Shown here: positions 58,272 to 64,000 of the stretch, piece by piece
How positions within the stretch are numbered: position 1 is the first letter of the stretch
How the letters are laid out: each line of letters starts with the position of its first letter
Assembly: GCA_965261595.1 (NCBI GenBank)
Contig: CBDHDG010000003.1
Location: 224,001-288,000, forward strand
Direction: 5' to 3'
Source of the DNA: a bacterium
Lineage (GTDB): Bacteria > UBA8248 > JACPRG01 > G963555815
DNA: 64,000 nucleotides
Program-made: the position numbers and the translations under genes
The notes under the pieces: generated by a model
The model's database searches: none
What the model saw: the letters and a program-made list of their open reading frames with translations, nothing else
Told to the model about the DNA's origin: nothing

Positions 58272-59519
58272 ATGAATCGGCGCGCCGTTTCGGCCTGGGC
58301 CTTTTACGACTTTGCCAACTCCGCCTATCCCACCGTCATCGTAACGGTCGCCTACAGCATCTATTTCAAGACCGTCGTCGCCGGCGGCGGGAGCGGCGGG
58401 GGCGCGGGGGATTTCTACTGGGGGCTCGCGATATCCCTCTCCATGCTTTTCGTCGCCGCGACCGCCCCGTTCCTCGGCGCCCTGGCCGACGTCTCCGGGG
58501 CCAAGAAGACATTCCTCGGGTTCTTCGGCGGGCTTTGCGTCGTTTTCACCGGTCTCCTCTTTTTCGTCGAGAAGGGGGACGTCCTGACCGGCGTCCTGTT
58601 CTTTGTCATCGCCAACATCGGGTTCGAGGCCAGCCTGGTTTTCTACAACGCCTTTGTTCCCGAGATCGCCGATCCGGCGGACTATGGAAAAGTTTCCGGG
58701 TGTGGCTGGGGGTTCGGGTACGTCGGGGGGCTTCTCTGTCTTCTCTGGGTCCTGCCCCTGATCCAAGGGGGATTCGCGCCGGAAAACCTCCCCAATTTCA
58801 GGATGGCGTTCTTGCGCGTCGCGATTTTCTATGCCGTGTTCTCCATCCCGACAATGCTCTGGCTGCGTGAACGAAAGACCGGGGGGGCTCCGGCTGCGTG
58901 GCCCGAGCGGATCCGGAAGGGGTGGATTCAGCTCCGCGATACGTTTCAGCATATCCGCCGCCTCAAGGGCCTTTTTCGGTTTCTGATCGCGTTTCTCCTC
59001 TATAACGATGGCATCGCGACGGTCATCGCGTTCAGCGCCATTTTCGCCGTCGGGACGCTTGGCTTCTCCGTTGCGGATGTGACGGTCCTGTTTATCGCGG
59101 TGCAGGCTTCGGCCTGCGTGGGGGCGTTCGCCTTCGGATTCGTCGCTGATCGGCTGGGCGCGAAGAAGACGATCCTCTATCTCCTCGCGCTTTGGTGCGG
59201 GGTGGTCCTCGCCGCCTTTTTCACCCGGACGCAGGCCCAGTACTTCGCGGTGGCGATGGTGGCGGGGGTGGGACTGGGCTCCGTGCAGTCGGCCAGCCGC
59301 AGCTTGATGGCGCTGTTCATTCCGGAGGGCAAAGCCGGGGAGTTTTACGGTTTCTACGGTGTGTGCGGGAAGCTGTCCGCGATATTCGGACCGATCACCT
59401 TCGGCGCCGTCTCGGCATGGACCGGAAGTCAGCGGGTGGCCGTTCTATCCGTGATGGTTTTCTTTTTGGCGGGGATGGCCGTGCTCTGGGGGGTCCGGGT
59501 GGAGAAGATGGACGTATAG
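58272..59519 (+). CDS. MFS transporter (UMF1/ATG22-like)
   Basis: WAFYDFANSAY, FYNAF, GWGFGYVGG, YNDG, QSASRS. Confidence 0.9.
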   Translation: MNRRAVSAWAFYDFANSAYPTVIVTVAYSIYFKTVVAGGGSGGGAGDFYWGLAISLSMLFVAATAPFLGALADVSGAKKTFLGFFGGLCVVFTGLLFFVEKGDVLTGVLFFVIANIGFEASLVFYNAFVPEIADPADYGKVSGCGWGFGYVGGLLCLLWVLPLIQGGFAPENLPNFRMAFLRVAIFYAVFSIPTMLWLRERKTGGAPAAWPERIRKGWIQLRDTFQHIRRLKGLFRFLIAFLLYNDGIATVIAFSAIFAVGTLGFSVADVTVLFIAVQASACVGAFAFGFVADRLGAKKTILYLLALWCGVVLAAFFTRTQAQYFAVAMVAGVGLGSVQSASRSLMALFIPEGKAGEFYGFYGVCGKLSAIFGPITFGAVSAWTGSQRVAVLSVMVFFLAGMAVLWGVRVEKMDV

Positions 59520-59553
59520 TTTGAGACGCCCGGCGGCGGAGCCTCGTCCCTCT

Positions 59554-61035
59554 TCAGGCCCTATTCTCCTGGATCATTTCCCGCAGGGTGCTCAACAACT
59601 CCTCGGTTCCGTACGGTTTTGAAACGACCCCTTTGAACCCGTAATCCTGATACGCGGACATGATGGGATCGGTCGAGTACCCGCTGGAGACAATGGCCTT
59701 GACCTCCGGGTCAAAGGCCAACAACTGTTCGATGGCTTCCCGGCCGTCCATCCCGTCCCGGACCGTGAGATCCAAGATGACGCCAACGAACGGGTTGGCG
59801 GAAAGGCTTGCCTTTTTGTAGGCATCAACGGCTTCGGCCCCAGTCGAAGCGACCACCACATCGTATCCAAACCGGCCCAGCAGGGTCTTGAGCAAGTTGC
59901 GAATCATCTCTTCATCGTCCATGACGAGCACCCGGCCGTTGGGGGGGGCTTCCGGGTCCGGGGCTTTTCCCTGCTCCGAAACGGGGTTTTCCGAAATGGG
60001 CAGGTAAATGTTGAAAGTGGAGCCGACCTTCTCTTTGGATTCCACGCGGATGCACCCCTCATGTTTTGCGACGATGGAATGGGCGATGGTCAGACCGAGT
60101 CCGCTTCCATCGGATTTGGTCGTGAAATACGGATCGAAGATGTTGGGGAGGTGGTTTTTCGGTATGCCGACTCCGGCGTCGGATACAGCGATCTTGACGT
60201 ATTTTCCATGTGGAAGAGGCAGGTCATCCCTCGGGCCGAGTGTGCGGGTCTCTCCGCGGACCCTGACCTTTCCGCCCTGGGGCATCGCGTGATGGGCGTT
60301 GAGGATCAGTTGGTGCAGGGCCTGAGTCATCTGTCCATGGTCAATGTTGATCCGCTCGAGCGAAGAGGCGAGAGAAATGTCGCACGGCAGCTTGGAGTTT
60401 CGCGCGGAAAACTCGGCGGCTTCCCGGATGAACCGGTTCGCCTCGATGGTCTTTTTGATGGGGGCGCCTCCCCTCGAGAACGTCAGCAGCTGCTGGGTCA
60501 TGCCCTTTGCGGAAAGGATCGCTTTCTCCGCCGCTGTAATTCGCTCTTTGGCTTCTTTTTCAAGGCCCGAGGATAATTTCACCAGGGCGAGATTCCCCAA
60601 AACCATCGTGAGTATGTTATTGAGATCATGGGCGATCCCGCCGGCAAGCCGACTGACGGCTTCAAGCTTTTTTGCGCGGAGAACCTCCTCCGCAATCTTG
60701 GCCTGGTAAAAGTCATGGGTTTCTTTCAACTCATCCCGCTGTTGGGAAAGCCACCCCTTCGCCGCCCCGATGTAAAAACCCAGGGCCCCGAGAATCAAGG
60801 CGCCCGCAATGGTCATGTCGAGATAGAACGAGGAGTGAGTCCGAAGCTCATAGAAGAACAAGTCGACCGGGGCCTGGGTTCCCCGGAATACAACGAAAAG
60901 TCGGAGCAGGTAGGTTCCAATGGGGACAAAAAGGCCCAGAACCATCCCGGCGAGCCCGAACAGGATCCTGCGTAAAGTCAGCTTGGGAAACCGAAAACGC
61001 CCCCGTTGGGGGTCATCCCGAGTTAGGGCTTTCAT
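59554..61035 (-). CDS. Hybrid sensor histidine kinase/response regulator
   Basis: Two TM segments; GIAHDLNN, NA, DAGVG, FTTK, GSGLGL; REC domain MDDE...D...SSG...KP. Confidence 0.92.
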   Translation of the reverse strand: MKALTRDDPQRGRFRFPKLTLRRILFGLAGMVLGLFVPIGTYLLRLFVVFRGTQAPVDLFFYELRTHSSFYLDMTIAGALILGALGFYIGAAKGWLSQQRDELKETHDFYQAKIAEEVLRAKKLEAVSRLAGGIAHDLNNILTMVLGNLALVKLSSGLEKEAKERITAAEKAILSAKGMTQQLLTFSRGGAPIKKTIEANRFIREAAEFSARNSKLPCDISLASSLERINIDHGQMTQALHQLILNAHHAMPQGGKVRVRGETRTLGPRDDLPLPHGKYVKIAVSDAGVGIPKNHLPNIFDPYFTTKSDGSGLGLTIAHSIVAKHEGCIRVESKEKVGSTFNIYLPISENPVSEQGKAPDPEAPPNGRVLVMDDEEMIRNLLKTLLGRFGYDVVVASTGAEAVDAYKKASLSANPFVGVILDLTVRDGMDGREAIEQLLAFDPEVKAIVSSGYSTDPIMSAYQDYGFKGVVSKPYGTEELLSTLREMIQENRA

Positions 61036-61519
61036 ACGAGCGGATCCAAACACAATGTAAGCAGGGAAAATTTGACCCAACACGCCATGATGAAGCCAAC
61101 ATTTCCAGAATATATTGTATCCAAGATGCACAGCAATAGACGTGAGACCGGGGCGCCCTGTCAATAAAAACGTTTCTAATTAGTAACAGAAGGACTCACC
61201 CTTTCCTTTCATCCGATTTTATTGGATTTTTACTGAAACAGGGCGGCCTCCGGACGGTCCATGTCGGTTTCCATTTTCAAAAATGCTCCCTCATTGTCGC
61301 TGATAATCCAAGCCAAGTGGATTTTTCCGCGGAAATCAAACCGCCGGGCGAGCCCGCGGCGGGGTCATGGTTATGGAGACGTTGGGAGAGTCGGCCCGAA
61401 ATCAGGATGGTCCTTCCATTTCCATCACCACCGTCATTGAGCCGCGGGACCGATTAGTGATAACGTCAACAGGTGCATCGCGCGTTCGTGAGGGGGGGGA
61501 AAGGAGGAGGGGTAATAAT

Positions 61520-62767
61520 TTGCTTTCTGTCGATGACGCCGGACGGCAGGCGATTGAAAAGGCCCCCTTTTTGGGATCGGAAAAGGTCGAGGTTCTCGCG
61601 GCATTGGGGCGCCCGAGCGCCGAAGACGTCGTTGCGGCCTTCAATCATCCCCGGTGGGAAAAGTCCGCCATGGACGGATTCGGTTTCCGGGCGGCCGACA
61701 CCGCGGGGGCCGCGCCCGGGAGTCCCATCGGGCTGAAGATCACCGAGACCCTCACCGCCGGGGGCGAGGCCGGCGGGGCGCTCGGCCCGCACGAAGCCGT
61801 TCGCATCATGACGGGCGCGGTCATGCCCTCGGGGGCGGACGCCGTCGTCCCGCTGGAAGAGGCCCGGGCGGAGGAAGGCGTTCTCCAATTTCAGGTCCCG
61901 GTCCCCGCCGGCCAGTACGTCCGAAATCCAGGCGACGAGATCCGCGCGGGCGCGAGACTGCTGGATCGCGGAGAGGAGGTTCGGCCCGGCCACATTGAAT
62001 CCGTCACGACGATGGGCAGGACCCATCTCGAGGTGGGCCGCAAACCGTCGGTCGCGGTTTTCTCGACGGGCGATGAAGTGATCGAGCCCGAGGACCACCG
62101 AACTGTGGAAGGCGGCTTGGGGCACGGACAGTTTTACTGTTCGATCAATTACTACATGGCCGCCCTGGTCGAACAGGCGGGGGGATCTCCCCTCCGGATG
62201 GGGATCGCCGCCGACACCCGGGAGGCCATCGCGGAGCGGCTCCGCCGGTGCGCCTACGCCGACGCGGTCATCATCACCGGCGGGACAGGCAAAGGGGACA
62301 AAGACCTGGTCGAGCCGGGAATGCGCGAGGCCGGCGCGGCGATGGTCTTCAAGAATGTAGCGATGTGGCCCGGCACGTATTCCGCCTTCGGCCTTCTGGG
62401 CCGCGGCCTGGTGTTCAACGTCCCGGGAAATCCGTCGGCGGCGCACATCTGCTTTGAATTTTTTGTTCGGCCCGCCCTGCGCCGAATGGCCGGATTCCGC
62501 CGACCCTTTCGGGAATTGAGACAGGTCCGCCTCGGCGCTGAAGTCCGCGTCAAGCCTCGGGAGGGCCTGCCGAATTACGTTCGCGGCAGGGTGAAGCACG
62601 ACCCTTCGGACGGATCTTTGGTGGCGATGCCCTGGAAGTCCGAGCCTCTCGCTCCATCGAAGATGAACGCCTTCCTGGTGATCCCCGCCGGGGTGGGGGG
62701 CGTCGAGAAAGGCGGGCGCGCCGCGGCGGCCCTTTTTTCGCCGCCGGACGATGAGGCGGACGGCTGA
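61520..62767 (+). CDS. moeA: Molybdopterin molybdenumtransferase
   Basis: SAMDGF, RIMTGA, STGDE, TGG, PGNP; TTG start after AAGGAGG. Confidence 0.9.
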   Translation: MLSVDDAGRQAIEKAPFLGSEKVEVLAALGRPSAEDVVAAFNHPRWEKSAMDGFGFRAADTAGAAPGSPIGLKITETLTAGGEAGGALGPHEAVRIMTGAVMPSGADAVVPLEEARAEEGVLQFQVPVPAGQYVRNPGDEIRAGARLLDRGEEVRPGHIESVTTMGRTHLEVGRKPSVAVFSTGDEVIEPEDHRTVEGGLGHGQFYCSINYYMAALVEQAGGSPLRMGIAADTREAIAERLRRCAYADAVIITGGTGKGDKDLVEPGMREAGAAMVFKNVAMWPGTYSAFGLLGRGLVFNVPGNPSAAHICFEFFVRPALRRMAGFRRPFRELRQVRLGAEVRVKPREGLPNYVRGRVKHDPSDGSLVAMPWKSEPLAPSKMNAFLVIPAGVGGVEKGGRAAAALFSPPDDEADG

Positions 62768-62829
62768 ATTGTGGAAATGAATTCCCGCCTGTTCTATCTT
62801 CATGAGGCGGGGGAACCGGAGAAGGGCCT

Positions 62830-63303
62830 GTGTCCGATCAAGTCGATGTGGAATCGCGCCTGAGAGAGCTCGGGATCGAGCTTCCGGAGCCTCCCGCGCC
62901 GGTGGGCGCTTACGTGGCGGTCAGGAGGTCGGGGCGGCTGCTGTTCGTCTCCGGGCAGCTCCCCCTGGCGGATGGAAAGCCGCGCTTCCTGGGAAAGGTC
63001 GGGGTGGAGTTGAGCGTCGATGAAGGAAAGGCGGCCGCCCGTCTGTGCGCGATCAATGCGCTGGCTCAAATCCGAAAGGCCCTGGGAGGCTGGGCGGGAT
63101 TTGGCGGCCTCGTGAGGCTCAGCGGTTACGTTGCCGGCGCGGAGGATTTTACCGGCCAGGCGCGGGTGATGGACGGCGCGTCCGACCTCTTTGCCGAAGT
63201 CCTGGGCGGAAGGGGGGCGCATGCGCGGCTCGCCATGGGCGGGAGCGCGTTGCCGCTGGGCGTCCCGGTCGAGATTGAGGTGATTGCCGAGGCGGCCGGC
63301 TGA
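62830..63303 (+). CDS. RidA family protein (Rid1-like)
   Basis: LPEPPAPVGAY, SGQLP, DGASDL, HAR, LPLGVPVEIE. Confidence 0.9.
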   Translation: MSDQVDVESRLRELGIELPEPPAPVGAYVAVRRSGRLLFVSGQLPLADGKPRFLGKVGVELSVDEGKAAARLCAINALAQIRKALGGWAGFGGLVRLSGYVAGAEDFTGQARVMDGASDLFAEVLGGRGAHARLAMGGSALPLGVPVEIEVIAEAAG

Positions 63304-63363
63304 AGGCCCGCCGGCCGGCGCCCCTGTGTTGAAACATCCCGGAACCTTCCGGGGGAAACTCCT

Positions 63364-63939
63364 TTGGCCTCTCGAAAGCGACAGCGCAGGGAATTCGAGG
63401 AATCGGCCCTCGTTCACCTGGACACCATCTACCGGGCCGCGCTGCGGTTGGCCCGGGATCCGGCCGACGCCCGGGACCTATCCCAGGAAGTGTTCCTGCG
63501 CGCCTACCGCTCCTTCCACCAATACGAGCGTGGAACAAACTGCCGGGCCTGGCTGTTCAAGATCCTGAAGAACGCGTTCATCAATCGGGAGCGCTCGATG
63601 ACCCACAGCCGGGCCAATGTCTCGATTGATGACCCGGAGACGGGCGGAGAATCCTGGTTGGAGGAAGCTTCCAAGGAGGCGGGGGGAGGCCCGGAGGACC
63701 GCCTGCTCAGCAAGGTGACGGGAGAGCGGATCAAGGAGGCGGTGGAAAGGCTTCCGGCGAGCTTCCGGCGTATCTTTATCCTGTCCGAAGTGGAGGGGTT
63801 CACGTATAAGGAGATCGCGCGGATTGAGGACTGTCCGCTGGGGACGGTCATGTCCCGCCTGTTCCGCGCCAGACGGGTCTTGCAAGACGCTTTACGGGAG
63901 TATGCGGAAGAACGGGATGTCCAGGTCGAGGAATCCTGA
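63364..63939 (+). CDS. ECF sigma-70 factor
   Basis: DARDLSQE, RAWLFKI, YKEIA...PLGTVMSRLFRAR. Confidence 0.92.
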   Translation: MASRKRQRREFEESALVHLDTIYRAALRLARDPADARDLSQEVFLRAYRSFHQYERGTNCRAWLFKILKNAFINRERSMTHSRANVSIDDPETGGESWLEEASKEAGGGPEDRLLSKVTGERIKEAVERLPASFRRIFILSEVEGFTYKEIARIEDCPLGTVMSRLFRARRVLQDALREYAEERDVQVEES

Positions 63940-64000
63940 GGGGGGGGGGAGGCCGACGGCGTTGCCGCGACGTTCGGCGCAGCCCATCGGGTGTGAAAAC

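Noticed and set aside
1..64000. CRISPR array, cas genes or rRNA
   Set aside because: No regularly spaced repeat-spacer pattern, cas motifs or rRNA-like sequence were seen.

Overview
High-GC bacterial DNA, taxon not determinable from the sequence. About 1-55.3 kb is an accessory, heavily eroded region ending in a frameshifted large serine recombinase that runs into tRNA-Glu(CTC). To its right is core-like DNA: tRNA-Gln, gltX, an AEC transporter, an MFS, a hybrid histidine kinase, moeA, a RidA protein and an ECF sigma factor. The accessory part holds: (i) catabolic clusters rich in amidohydrolases, amidases, SDRs, xanthine-dehydrogenase-family molybdoenzymes, UbiD, a three-domain RidA and amtB; (ii) a glucosyl-/mannosyl-glycerate-type cluster with an IS-broken GH15-like gene; (iii) many IS elements: two near-identical 1404-bp IS3-family copies, two full and three partial IS1380-family elements, one IS256 and an IS1595-like remnant; (iv) many pseudogenes. 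The best candidate for an undescribed system is a lower-GC minus-strand three-gene operon at 22497-26551, visible only after removing an IS and reading through a stop. It encodes a DUF6884/YaaA-like protein, a DUF429-like RNase H-fold nuclease, and a chimera of a RelE-like/UvrD-helicase N-terminus with a GIY-YIG-like nuclease, and may be an anti-phage module. All family assignments come from motif recognition by eye, not database searches. Frameshifts in homopolymers may be sequencing errors.
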